NCBI GenBank assembly: GCA_977020255.1
Contig: CDROCS010001239.1
Coordinates: forward strand, 248,001-312,000
Reading direction: 5' to 3'
DNA length: 64,000 nucleotides
Origin: Obrimoposthia wandeli
Lineage: Eukaryota
Translations under genes and position numbers: made by a program
Notes under the pieces: model-generated
Told to the model about the DNA's origin: nothing
Seen by the model: only the letters and a program-made list of their open reading frames with translations
Databases searched by the model: none
Part shown: positions 24,697 to 36,752 of the stretch, one piece after another
How positions within the stretch are numbered: position 1 is the stretch's first letter
How the letters are laid out: each line of letters opens with the position of its first letter

Positions 24697-27114
24697 CTCT
24701 ACAGCATATCTCAACAAACCTTCAGATACTACAAGAAGTATCTTCGTATATTTATACCATTTTATAAGTTAAAAATAATAAATTTACAATGAATCTTGGT
24801 TTAATCTTGGTTTAATCTTTACTTAATGTATCTGGTAAAAAAGAAAATCAGTAATTGAAAAGGATTAAAATTATTGTTTTAAATTTTGTTATAATTCAAA
24901 TTATCTGTTGATTTAAGTTATTTCAAAAAATTTAATTAGGTTAAATATAATTTAAAATTTGAACATAAAATAATTTTTTTTAACAGGTATGATAATTGGA
25001 AATAAATAAATGTAAAATAAAATTGAATCTCAAATTAACTTAGGTTAGATTTATTAGATTAAATATGTATAGATTACATTCACAATTGAAGAAAAGAAAT
25101 TATTTCAAATTATGTTACGTTTGAAATTTTGACTTTATAAGCATTCAAACATAAATAATTTAATAGTTTAGTTCAAAATATTTCAGTTTTACGGGTATTT
25201 AGTAATAATTTTTAAAAAGTGATATTATATTAAATTTTTTAACGTTATGAAATGTTATAATTATATTATTCAGAGGAGTCTAGTTGTGATTATTGTTTAG
25301 TTTGATCAAAAATTGTATGGTCAATTTGCTTTCAATAAATAGCATATATATAAAATTTACAATAAAAAAGAGAAAATTTTAAATTGATAAATTGTAAAAT
25401 ATATACACAGAAAATCTGTATCACTTTAACTAATTATTGAGTTTAAAGAGTATAGATGTATTCAAGTAACTATTTGCAAACGTTTGAATATCATTGCAAT
25501 TGTTTAAAATTTAATTATTGAAAACGATCTTTTTATATTTATTATAAATTGTCTTAAAACTTATTTTTAGTGAGTCTTCAGCTGTTTCTTCATCCTTTCA
25601 AAATATATGATGAACGAAATTATAAATGAAATATTCACAAATATTATATTTTTCTACTTCGTCATTTAAATTAAAAATTAATATAATTTTATAATGATGA
25701 TTTTAGAGTAAGTGAGCAATAAAAATTATAATTTTCTAACAAAATATATTAACTTCCAAAATATTTTGACATTCAAAATACAAATATTTCTTATCAGATA
25801 TTTAGCTTGGTCCCAAATTAAATGTATTATTTCCGTTTCTATTTAACAGACAGTCTTGCAGTATTAATTTTTATTACTTTAGACAGTTGCATTTTATTTT
25901 TGGGAAAGAATGACAGAATCTTTTATATGACTTTTTAATCAAAGTTAATCATATGTATCTAAAATGTTTTCTTAAATTTAAATCATTAATATTTATTATA
26001 AAAAAGTTTCCAAAAAATATCTCATTATTAATTTTAACATAAGTTTTATATTAAATATAATACATATTAGATATTCAGTGTTTAAAAATATCGTATTTTT
26101 TACTAATATCTATCAACTATATAACTACAAATTTGCTTATTAAATAAATTCATAATCTAATTTCATCTTGCGACATTTTGAAATTTCCACATGCGTGAAG
26201 TATTCCAAAAATGAATTACACAAATTTCAAAGATGCAATTCTTAATGTTAGTGAGGAACTGAAATCAAAGTAATCTTAGATTTTATTTATTTAAATTGAA
26301 ATAGATTAAAAATAAAAAACACTGTTGAACCCAAAGAAGATATTTTGTTTTTATGTCCTGGATCAATAAAAATTCTTGAAAAGTATTATGTTTGAACTAT
26401 GATTTAATTCAACTCAGTAAGCAGAAGAATTTTTCAGAAATCCATGAAGCCAGCGTGTATATAGCTAATAATGTTAAAGTAATGCGTTTTCTGATCAGTA
26501 ATCTAAACCAATGCCTTTCAGGACATTGATCAATCTTTAACAAGGCTCTATCAAATTTACAAAAGTAATTTCGATATCATACAGGTTCTTGAAAGTGAAT
26601 TGGCAAACATATCTAAAGTAAAGGTGGGTGATGAAGTCAACTGAAGAAACTTTCTTTAAAGTTTTAATATTTATACTATATTAACATTAAATATTTTGAA
26701 AGGAAAAAACTTTAAACATTTTGTAGCATCTCAAACTGCTAAATTATTTTTTTTTCTATAATTGAAATATGTTATTTCGCCTCTGACGAGAAATTGTAAA
26801 CTGGTCGGACAATTGCTCTCTGGCCACACTGGATTCATCCACTGCGTATTAAGGAGTTAAATTGGAACTTTAGTATTAAGTTAATATCGAAGTTACAATG
26901 GCTCTATGATAGGGCTTTCCAAGCTACGGATCATAAGCTAGTCCTCAAAAATATAATTTTACTTTTCATTATAATATGACATATTATGAGACTATTTCAG
27001 CTGCTCACATCGCAATACGCCACACTATGTCTTGTTTTTCTGAATTGCAGCTGGAAACCTCATTTTGACGTATCTGATCAATGAGAATGATGCTACCGAG
27101 ACTGATGAGTTATT

Positions 27115-27710
27115 ACAAACTGGTTTGGCCGCTTATATTGTATTCAGGGAGGTTTTCATTTACATAGGCTTAGGGCGCCAACCCTTATTGGCCATACGGG
27201 TCATTCGTCCGTCTAAATCTACGTCACTGTAGTCTGGCATATTGAAAGTTTCTTCGGATAGATTTGTTTGTACACATTCCCTAGAGATGGTTGATTTTAG
27301 AGTGCTAGAGCTTTCTTTTGATCATGTACTTCTTGCCATCCCCCGGAATCGTTGACGTATAGCGCTTCTTGTCTTGAGCTACTTCCAGCAGATAATATAT
27401 AACTCAGTCAACGCACTGCCGCTTGTCGGAACCAATAACGAACAATCATATACCCCAAGGTCAAGCCCAAGACAAGAAGCGCTATACGTCAACGATTCCG
27501 GGGGATGGCAAGAAGTTCTAGCACTCAAAAATCAACCATCTCTAGGGAATGCGTACAAACAAATCCTGTTCGAAGAAACTTTCAATATGCCAGACTACAG
27601 TGACGTAGATTTAGACGAACGAATGACCCGTATGGCCAATAAGGGTTGGCGCCCTATGACTATGTAAATGAAAACCTCCCTGAATACAATATAAGCGGCC
27701 AAAACAATTT
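27115..27710. repeat. Long palindrome (about 250-bp inverted arms, about 85-bp spacer)
   Basis: 27120-27378 is the reverse complement of 27462-27710, with few substitutions and one ~22-bp indel. Confidence 0.93.
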
Positions 27711-28172
27711 GCCTATTGGATCAATGGAGAGGACTGGAAGTGGAGTGTCGTAGACATCTGCCGACATTATTTTATGCATTTAATTATAAAATCTCTTCTA
27801 CAACAAAAAAATTATTCTCACAAAATTTCCTTTTCTGATTATTTTACACCAAATGTTCTTTCATTTTTGTTGCACGTCTGTATATTCAATTAGTAGATGA
27901 GTTAGATAATGGACGGTTAGAGTCACATTGAGGTAATCACTAAAATGTATATGGCTTCATTTGACTAATTTTAATATAAAAAATATAACTCTAATTAACT
28001 TTTACTTGGAAAATTAATTGTAAAATTAAAAAATAATTGTGTATCCTAACATAAAATGAAATAATCTTGTATTTTTCCGAATTATTTAAATAATCATTTT
28101 CAAAACTTCTACATAAACCCCATCAAGTAGCGCTATATCACATTCAGTTAGAGAGGGGGTATTTATGGATAC

Positions 28173-29610
28173 TGTTGGGGTTTCTAATGTAAAATGTTAG
28201 ATCCTCGTACGGAGGTTCCCAATATGAGTTCTGAAGCGATAGGGGTTAAAGATGAATGTGGTCTACATATTCTTACTTTACTTAGTTCTAGTCTCAAATA
28301 TTTTTTTAAATTTTGTCTTTGATGCTTGGTGTAAGGAGTTATGTTCAGAATAACTACACAGGAACCTTAAAACTAATGTGGTGTAGTGTATGGTAGTGTT
28401 AATTAGGCTGGTTTAAATTTTGATTTAAAAGGGTCAGGTTAAAACAGAGACCGAAATATACAGACCAGAGCCGGAACCAAGCGACACTAACGATGTTCCT
28501 CCGGTAATACCAGGGCTTAACAATCCGCTGAATACATCGGAAATCAAAGCACTGTCACGTGATAAGCACTCGGGTAGCCTATAGATTAGTGGGTCTGACT
28601 GTCTATGGTGCTTCACTCAATGACAAAATTCGTTTCCTTATCTAAATTACTATTTATTCTTATACACAACAAACTAATCAGATGCGACGTGACTAGTCTC
28701 GACACGTAGTAGGGTGACTCTAAAAATTACTTTGTCTTTTATAATATTTTGTCGAACGACTAACTTTTTTTACAATTACTTAAACACGACTTTTATCAAT
28801 ACTCTAAATATTTATCAAAAAAGTATTCTTTACTTTCTTTACGATTATACACAATTTATCAAACAAGTACTCTTTACTTTCTTTACGATTAGGACAATTT
28901 ATCAAACAAGTACACTTTACTTTCTTTACGATTAGGACAATTTATCAAACAAGTACACTTTACTTTCTTTACGATTAGGACAATTTATCAAACAAGTACA
29001 CTTTACTTTCTTTACGATTATACACAATTTCTCAAATATAATTTCTATAACTTTTCCTCACCAATTAAATCATTGTTACTATTCCTCTGCTTGAACTAAT
29101 AACAATCATCTAATTCCTGATCCTCCTTTGTAGCTGTTCATCTTTTGTCGATTTCTTGAAATTGATATCAATAGTCCTTTTCCTGATCCTCCTTTGCCGC
29201 TATTCCTCTTTTGTCTATTCTCGTCGTACTATTGTGTATGGTAAACAAAATCCAAAGCTTATTTATAGTTCTCACTTCTGGAATGCCGGATGTAGCCTTG
29301 CAGCCGATGTGATATCGATGCTGATCGATGATTTACCTGTTGTACTTTTGCTGTAAATTATCTAATTTCAGCTATTCTGAATTCAATGGAAATTATGTAT
29401 TTTCTGAGTTCTGATCTTCTATGGCCGTTTTTTCCACACTTTTCATGTATTTTATACTCATCTCTTACGACCTCTTCAAGGTCTCATTTATTTAATATAA
29501 CATATTTTAACATATTTTTATTTAATTTCCTAAATTAACTTTGACTTTCTAATGTAAAATTTATTTTTATAAATACACATTTTATTTTTTACAATTTTTA
29601 TAATCTAACA
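28173..29610 (-). mobile_element. LTR-like unit B
   Basis: + strand TGTTGGGG...AATCTAACA flanked by ATAC/ATAC. Confidence 0.78.
28790..29025. repeat. ~41-bp tandem repeat, about 5 copies
   Basis: ACAATTTATCAAACAAGTACACTTTACTTTCTTTACGATTAGG-type units. Confidence 0.92.
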
Positions 29611-30915
29611 ATACCTCGATGCCCCTACTAAATAATTATTAACACATGTTGTGTCTAAGAGAAACACATTCATGAAATACATGAAACCATACTTCCCAAT
29701 TGATATGAATCGATATAAATGACTCATAGAAAGACTCTTGTACTGTTCGCGTTGTCTTTCAAAATTGTAATATCCGCTGCCTTTTATTGACTGTATCGAA
29801 TAGGTTTTGTGAAAATAGCGTTATGGAGAGAAATTGAGTATTGATTATCCGTGGATTGTGAGATGGTATAAAGATGAGAACAGAAACAGTATCTTAGAGT
29901 TTGCTTCTCTCAAATAAGCTATCGTTTGACTGGATCGGATAAGGTTTTTTTGGAAAAGAGTTTATCAGACGGTTTTCACGGAGAAAGTTATGAATGTGGT
30001 TCTGGTACTGTTCAATAAAACCTTTAAGTGACAGCTTCATGGAAGTCTGCTCTTGTTTTCTTCCTCTGTATTCTTTATATGCGTAACATTTACTCATTGT
30101 AGTCTCAATATTTCAGTAATCAGGTGATGGAAGTCGCCCTCAAACGTTGTATCTTGTAACTATAATAGAGTGATAATAATTAGCAAATCGTTATTGGTTG
30201 CATCTAAGTTTTCTGTTAGATAAAGTTGATAAATTTCTTATGTTAAGCAATATCCATTAGCGGGATATCATGATGTAGGATTTGATTAGCAATATCGGTA
30301 TGCATTTAAATGTAATAGCTATACAACACATAAATAGCATGTCATTTGTTGTTGAGTAGGATGTATTGGTGTCATGTCATGATGTGGAATGTAATTCACC
30401 ATGTGTGTATAAGTTTTTCTGTAGATAATTGTGTATAATTGATATAATGTTACATTGTATTATTTCACCATCTAAAAATTCTACTCAACACATTTTAAAA
30501 ATCAAATCTGTATTATGTACAAAGAGAAAGGTAACGAGAGAGAAAGAGAGATACATTGATTAAATCAGATCCGGAATCTATAAGCCACTGCTTTTTGTAT
30601 AGCCATTTGTACTTGTCGGTATTGCTGAGTTCCATCTAGCTGGATATCTTGAAGAGCTGGTTGATGAATTGTATTATTTTCTGTTGAATACGCTAACTTA
30701 CCCGAATCATACATTTTGGAATAATTTGCATGCGCCACCAGGTACACACTACAGTTCATCAAGCCGAAGCCTTAAATTTGCAATCAGACTACTTCAAAAT
30801 CAACAGTAAATGATATACTTAAAACAGTGATATATTATCATATTTACTACTAATTGGTCCTACAATTTTTTGAAAACTAACGTTGTTTTTGAACTCAATA
30901 ATAAAATAAAACTAT

Positions 30916-31532
30916 TTGGGGATTTCTATTAAAACTTAAAATCCTCGAATGGAAGTTCCCAACGTGAGTTTTGTAGCGGTAGGGCTTACATATGAATGTG
31001 GCCTAACTGTTCTAATATCTGAAGATTTTTCTTAGTCTCTGAAGGTTAGTTGTGCTGTGTGAAGAGTCTGTGTCCAAGATAACGTGACGGTCCTTAAAAC
31101 TATTGTTGTATTATGTAGGCCGGTTAAGCCGAATTTTATTTTAAAAATGCTCTGGCAAAATCAATTTCAAAAAATATGCAAAATAAGCCAGTCAATCAGT
31201 GTCGACGATAACCCTCTGACTGTATCTGGGCTTAAGTTAGTATCCCACGTGGTTAGCTCATGGCTGGTCTATAGGTTAGTGGATTCAAGATTTCGTGAGG
31301 CTGGTTATTGTCAAAACACAATTCGTGATATAACTCTAAAATACTACTTTTATTATACACAATATTTTTTGCGTTTTATCTACACTTTTTTTATATACTC
31401 ATTCATATTCATTTTATAAAACATATTTTTAACTTTACTATTTTATTAAATCTTCGAATATTTTGAAAGTTAAGCAAATAAGCAAAAATAAGCAAATATT
31501 TTATTTCAATTTAGATTTTTCTTAATCTAACA
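30916..31532 (-). mobile_element. LTR-like unit C (short)
   Basis: TTGGGG...AATCTAACA flanked by CTAT/CTAT; shares the terminal module with A, B and D. Confidence 0.7.
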
Positions 31533-32589
31533 CTATAGGGATAAGAGAGTTATCTGAATAGATTGATTATAAATAAGACACTAATAAAAAACTGGATTAT
31601 TGAAGTTGATTGAGAAGATATATTTATTCTCCAAATTAGTACGTTGAGTGAAGTCTGATCAGCTTGATCTTTGCCATATGACCCTATTCACATGAAACCT
31701 TATTGATTTTCTGCTATCGATTATTAGTTTCATAACTTCATCAATATAATTCAAAGCAATGAAAGCATAGGTTTATATTTCTGCTATCTTGATAATCATG
31801 TTAACATATTTGCAAAGGATCAGCAAAACGATGAAAAAAATTAATTTGACCAAGTATATTAGAATAGGTTTTAGATATTACACGTTTAGCTTTTACAATA
31901 TCAATAGCAGTGGATAAAGACATTGATTGGTTCAAAACTAGCTAAGACAAGCTCAACTGAAGTTGAAACTCCATGACCGATAATTAAAACCTTCCCTCCA
32001 TTTTTGATTTTTCTTTTATTATTTGTTCAATTATTATAACTCATATAGGTTTCCCTAGTTCAGCTTTCAAATCAATATCTGTAGTTTTCAAAACTTCATC
32101 ATTAGGTTTAACTTTACTACGTTGAATAATAAAAGTAAAACATTTTTCAATCCATATTTATGGTTTGCATCTTTATAATTACCAATATAAAGAATCTAAA
32201 ATTTCACTCATCGGTGTATGTTTTTAATTCTTTTAAACTCTTTCATCTGTTCTTGAAAAGTTACATCCACCTTTTCCTGGTGCCACGATCCTTACATTTG
32301 GATGTACACTGTCCCCGTCCTCAAACGGCACTGTGAAGCATCCCTCCGCCAGACTTCGTCTATAGGCCTCCGCCAATGCTGGCTGAGGTAGTTTCTCGGA
32401 TCGTGCCTGTCATCCTCTAAAAACCTCCACATATTTTCCCTCAATTCGTTCCTTAAAACGTTCTCTGCGATTTAACTTTACTCTTACCATGTACTTCATC
32501 ATTTTACTATAACATCTATATAACATCATCTTACTACGTATTACAGTGGAAGAATTAACCACTGCTAACAAAATCAAATACTATGAACC

Positions 32590-33200
32590 CTTTTACTTTT
32601 TCATAACATAAATCCATAAATCGATACCAATTTTCTTTCTTTTCCTTTAGGTACTCTGGTCCTTCCCACCAAATTGTCTCATCAATCAATAGCTGTACAT
32701 CGACTCCCCGCGATAGTATATCTGCTGGATTTAGCTTCGTGGGCACATACATCCATAGCTTTATATCGGTATCTTGGATCATCCCACTCGGTTGGCTACA
32801 AAGGGGTTTAGTCTCTTCCCGGCTGGCGTATCCACCATAATACGTTCTTGCTGTCCGACCAAAATGTTGTTTTTACCTCCATTAAATTTAAGGCTTCTCA
32901 TATCGTTTGTGCTAACTTCACTCCAATCAGTGCAGCTATCAGCTCTAATCTGGGTACACTTTTTATTCTCACTGGGGCAACTCTACTATTAACTGCCATC
33001 AATCGCATCGCCTGTGTCTTCATTGCGCATGTATGCCATTACACCATACGCGGTTGTCAAGGCATCCACAAATACGTGTATTTCTTGCTGTTTCTCACTC
33101 GTTACCATCCACCTCGGAATCTTGATCTCTTTCAATCGCTTACAATCCGCTATCCATTGTACTATTCTCTTGAGTGCCGGGAATAAAACCAACGCGTAAA
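32590..33200 (-). pseudogene. BEL/Pao LTR retrotransposon RNase H region
   Basis: IPRW...IHVFVDA...AYG..AY.R and W.YVPTKLNPADILSRG...WWEGPEYL. Confidence 0.88.
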
Positions 33201-34402
33201 TTATTTAATTTAAATCCTTTATCAATTAGGGTATATTATAACGTTATTAATCAATTCTGCATTCATACCCAACAAATTGTTTCGGGATATCTGTCTACTA
33301 AAATTATTAATCTGTTATTTTCTACGACACATACCTTCAAAGCTGTTACTTTGCTCATTACTCAATGTTTTCATTCACATTTCTGTTTTCTGCATTATGT
33401 CTATTAAAGCATTCTTTTTCATCATGTTCAACATTCATTGACCCTTAAATAAAAATGTAAGGAATAAAGATATTAGAAAATATTTGATAAACTCATATCC
33501 GATAGGTTAGTGCTGTTTGTTTTAATTAATTAAGGAAGCCATAACAAACCTGGTTTTGAATGCGTGTGTAGGTTTAGAGTGTATTGAAAACGAAAGTAAT
33601 ACGATTTAAATGATATTCTCTCTGTGTCAGCTACATTTTTGGAAGGTGAAGCGTTTACATTCAACATCTATATTTTATCAATTAACCAATCATAATACGC
33701 TTATAAACTTTCAAGTGATTTAGATTTTTATTTATTTATAAACTAAGTATTATATAATTTTCTAAATTTAATTAAAGATAACTATCTACTTTTAAATATA
33801 AGTATTTTATAATTACCAAAAGTAACTTAGAAAGTGTTTTTCGTAAGTAGTGCATCTTTCCCTAAATAATATATTTTGAAAGCAAATGTTCTATGTTCTC
33901 TAATAACATGTGATCTAACCATCATCTCAATATTATCTCATAGTAATTTTTAGATTTCTATGAAACTTGATCCTCGACCGGAGTGAGTTATTTAGCGATA
34001 TTGGTTACAAGTGGACGTGGCCAACCTATTTCTAATTTACTGAAGTTTCGTCTTACTTTTACGGCTTCTTAATTTTCGAATCTTGTGCGCTTTTTTAAGA
34101 CTTTTGTTTCTTTTATATACATATAATTATAACCTTCTAAATTTACAATTTGCGAAACTGGCGATTTTGTATATTTAGCCGTCGCTTTATATATAAAACA
34201 GCCTCCAATCACATCACGCCTGGAATTGCTAGTGGCAGGCGAAAGAGTGATGTGATCGAAGGGCTTTAACATGAGATAAAAAGGGACAAAGTTGTCCAAA
34301 GATCAACTATAAAAACACCACACGCACAAAGAGGTTGCGTAAGACACAGATGTGCTTGCATCATATTTACAAAGCACACACAACAAAGTAACAGCACCGG
34401 GA

Positions 34403-35971
34403 TCAAGTCACTGCTTCATACGTCATATTTTGGAATGCGGAAATCCAATCTGCAATGTCCTCTTGTGATGAAAGGATGTCTCTTGCCGGATTTTGATCTG
34501 TAGTAATAAACTGGATGCTTAAGCATTTTGTGGTAACGAGGATCTGGATGGCTACGATGATCCACCATTCATCCATGCTGCTGGGAATGCGTTTTGTCCT
34601 TGCTGTCCAGACAAGTCCCTGGTTATCGCATAAGATTTTGCCTCCTTCCAAGGCCCTCCAGCATGCCCACAGTAACGCCTTCCCTTCCTGAATATAAATA
34701 TTAGCCATGGGTAGTTTAAGTGCCGTGATTATGGTTCGCTGAGGTCTCAAGCTCACTACTGCCATCGATTCTTGTCTGGCATCTGTAGCCCACAGCTCTG
34801 GTTCTTTAAACTTATCCCACTTCCAAGTTTTTGCTTGGGCTTTTAGGAGTTTGTAGCAATTTTGTCTGAGCCTTGGGATCATGTAATTTATAGCATATGG
34901 CCAGTGCAAAACGTGCGCCATGTAATTTGCGAAACCCAAACCTTGTTGGGAGAAATCATCTTTGGATATAATTTCATCCAATGTTTCCCATTTATCCTTA
35001 GATATACTAATTTCCTGTTTATTTAAGTCAATGTCCATACTACAGTAAGTGACTCTATGTGCCGGGATTAATTGCGATTTTTCCCAATTTATCTGGACAT
35101 TCCATTTCTGCATGTATGGCGTGAGATGTTCCCACATCGGGCTTTCTTTATCAGCGATATCGTCAATGTGAACGTGTGTCAGCGGAATGTTCCATCGCTT
35201 TTGAAATCTCTTCATGATATAGGACAGGGTCCACTGCAGAATGGCGGGACTTTGCCTCAGCCCCATTGGCCACCTTGTGAACAGGAAATACTGGTCTCGA
35301 TGCCAGACGTTTGTAAGATGACGTGAACGAATGTCAAGAGGAATCTGGTAAAAGGCTACTGTAAGGTCGATCCTTGCTGCTTTTAAACCTCTGGGCAACA
35401 GTTTTAATTTTTCTCCGAGATTTGGTATCCGCATGTGTAAATTTGGTAGTGAGCTCGTTAGGTGAGCAAAGTCTACAATCAAGCGTCTCAAGTTTGAGTT
35501 CTGTTTAGGTACGAGTCTGATTTGTGAACAGAAAGGACCTTTCTTTGATTTTTCCTCGATTCCTCTGGCGAAGAGGGCATCGACGCATGCATCTATGTGC
35601 TTTTGTTCCTCTGTGTCATAGATTTGTCGCTTGGGCTGCCTTGACGATCTTATTTTGGCAAACGGTGAATATCCTGTAGCAGCCAACGTGCACACCCGTG
35701 CGTCAAGGTCGACGCTGTCCTCGTCATCAACCGGAACTGTGAAGGTTCCCAAAGGGAGACTGAGCTCATAGGCTTCACGCGGCCCCGGCTGATGCGATTT
35801 CTGAGGTGCCACTTTCTTCTGTGCGTGGAAATTTAACCAGCCACTAGAGTCATTGATGATGGCTCTGATCGTTGCTTGTGAGTCGGTGTCACTGATAGGC
35901 GATGTTTGAGCGAAAATTGGTTTTGAGGCAATTGTTGATGTTGAGCGAAAAACTCTTCTACTGTAATTGCG
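34403..35971 (-). CDS. Reverse transcriptase-RNase H with hepadnavirus-like motifs (HEART-like); YxDD reads HIDD
   Basis: RLIVDF, PNL...LLP.G....DLTVAFYQIPL, PMGLRQSP, HIDD, QINWEKS...P, WATDA, IYIQE, CDNQ, NPA. The frame is open from 35971 without an ATG. Confidence 0.8.
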   Translation of the reverse strand, partial: RNYSRRVFRSTSTIASKPIFAQTSPISDTDSQATIRAIINDSSGWLNFHAQKKVAPQKSHQPGPREAYELSLPLGTFTVPVDDEDSVDLDARVCTLAATGYSPFAKIRSSRQPKRQIYDTEEQKHIDACVDALFARGIEEKSKKGPFCSQIRLVPKQNSNLRRLIVDFAHLTSSLPNLHMRIPNLGEKLKLLPRGLKAARIDLTVAFYQIPLDIRSRHLTNVWHRDQYFLFTRWPMGLRQSPAILQWTLSYIMKRFQKRWNIPLTHVHIDDIADKESPMWEHLTPYMQKWNVQINWEKSQLIPAHRVTYCSMDIDLNKQEISISKDKWETLDEIISKDDFSQQGLGFANYMAHVLHWPYAINYMIPRLRQNCYKLLKAQAKTWKWDKFKEPELWATDARQESMAVVSLRPQRTIITALKLPMANIYIQEGKALLWACWRALEGGKILCDNQGLVWTARTKRIPSSMDEWWIIVAIQILVTTKCLSIQFITTDQNPARDILSSQEDIADWISAFQNMTYEAVT

Positions 35972-35997
35972 CTAATTTGTGGCAGAGGAACGTTATA

Positions 35998-36176
35998 CAG
36001 TAATTATTCACCTGTAAGGGTATTCATTAAAACATGTTTTTGAGAGAGACCGACACCGAATCACTTATAGATGAATCACTTATAGATGTCACCGGGCACC
36101 CTTATAGGTGAAGCGTGGAATTTTCGGTGACCGGACACCTTTATAGGTGGGACCCCTTATAGGTGAATAATTACTG
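35998..36176. mobile_element. Tc1/mariner(pogo)-type MITE
   Basis: TIRs CAGTAATTATTCACCT(G/A)TAAGGG, flanked by TA/TA. Confidence 0.85.
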
Positions 36177-36242
36177 TACACGTCCGCAGACATTATTGTG
36201 ATTAGCATGTAATCACGCCACCATTTTAGATAGGTGGGGTCA

Positions 36243-36752
36243 CTATGGGAGGCCAGCTCCTCTAGCAATCGTCGTGCGTCCACGGCCTCTGCGCGAGTTG
36301 AAACCTCGACCCGGAAACCTCCCTCGCCCCCGCGCAGGGAAGGTACGTCGGGATTCATAGCGGCAGATTTCCTCTGGGGAAATATCATTAATTTTTGCCA
36401 GCTTGGATATTTTGGCTTCGGTGGTGGTCCATCCCACTCTTGTGGCGGTGTATAACATTCCCAGCCTGTTGGCGATTTGAAGCTGAGCTTCTTGCAATTC
36501 TCCATTTGCAATTTTGGAACTGAGATCGTAAAGGCACTCGGCCTCGTGCAAAGATCGTTTGTCCTTGTCGCCCAACACTCGGAGGGTATCTGTTTTGATG
36601 TCTGGTAAGAGCATCTGTAGCTTGGTGGGCGGTTCCTCATAGTCAGGGTATGTCGCAGCAGTAGCAGGAGGATTCTGACTCTGACATTGAACATCCATTT
36701 GTCGTAAGAGGTATAATATCTCTGCCAAAGCAGGGTCTTGTTGTTGGGCCAT
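36243..36752 (-). CDS. Core/gag-like protein with Arg-Gly-rich C-terminal tail
   Basis: 169 aa, helical body with RLGMLYTATRVGW (resembles the DIRS-type ORF1 motif), tail RGRGRFPGRGFNSRRGRGR; directly upstream of the RT. Confidence 0.65.
   Translation of the reverse strand: MAQQQDPALAEILYLLRQMDVQCQSQNPPATAATYPDYEEPPTKLQMLLPDIKTDTLRVLGDKDKRSLHEAECLYDLSSKIANGELQEAQLQIANRLGMLYTATRVGWTTTEAKISKLAKINDISPEEICRYESRRTFPARGRGRFPGRGFNSRRGRGRTTIARGAGLP

Noticed and set aside
26775-27125. Functional hammerheads at about 26783 and 27103
   Set aside because: The GAAA core and stem I are broken; kept only as a hint in the palindrome finding.
29700-30150. Penelope GIY-YIG remnant on the minus strand
   Set aside because: Only weak, stop-ridden similarity (ITIL..N..RVFL...YI); not enough to call.
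34196-34212. GGAGGCTGT next to a TATA-like run, matching part of the HBV core promoter
   Set aside because: A 9-bp match is expected by chance; at most a generic CCAAT+TATA arrangement.
34060-34400. Tyrosine recombinase or integrase downstream of the RT
   Set aside because: Only about 340 bp is available, with no R-H-R-Y or DDE motifs; ORF 34069-34299 is uninformative.
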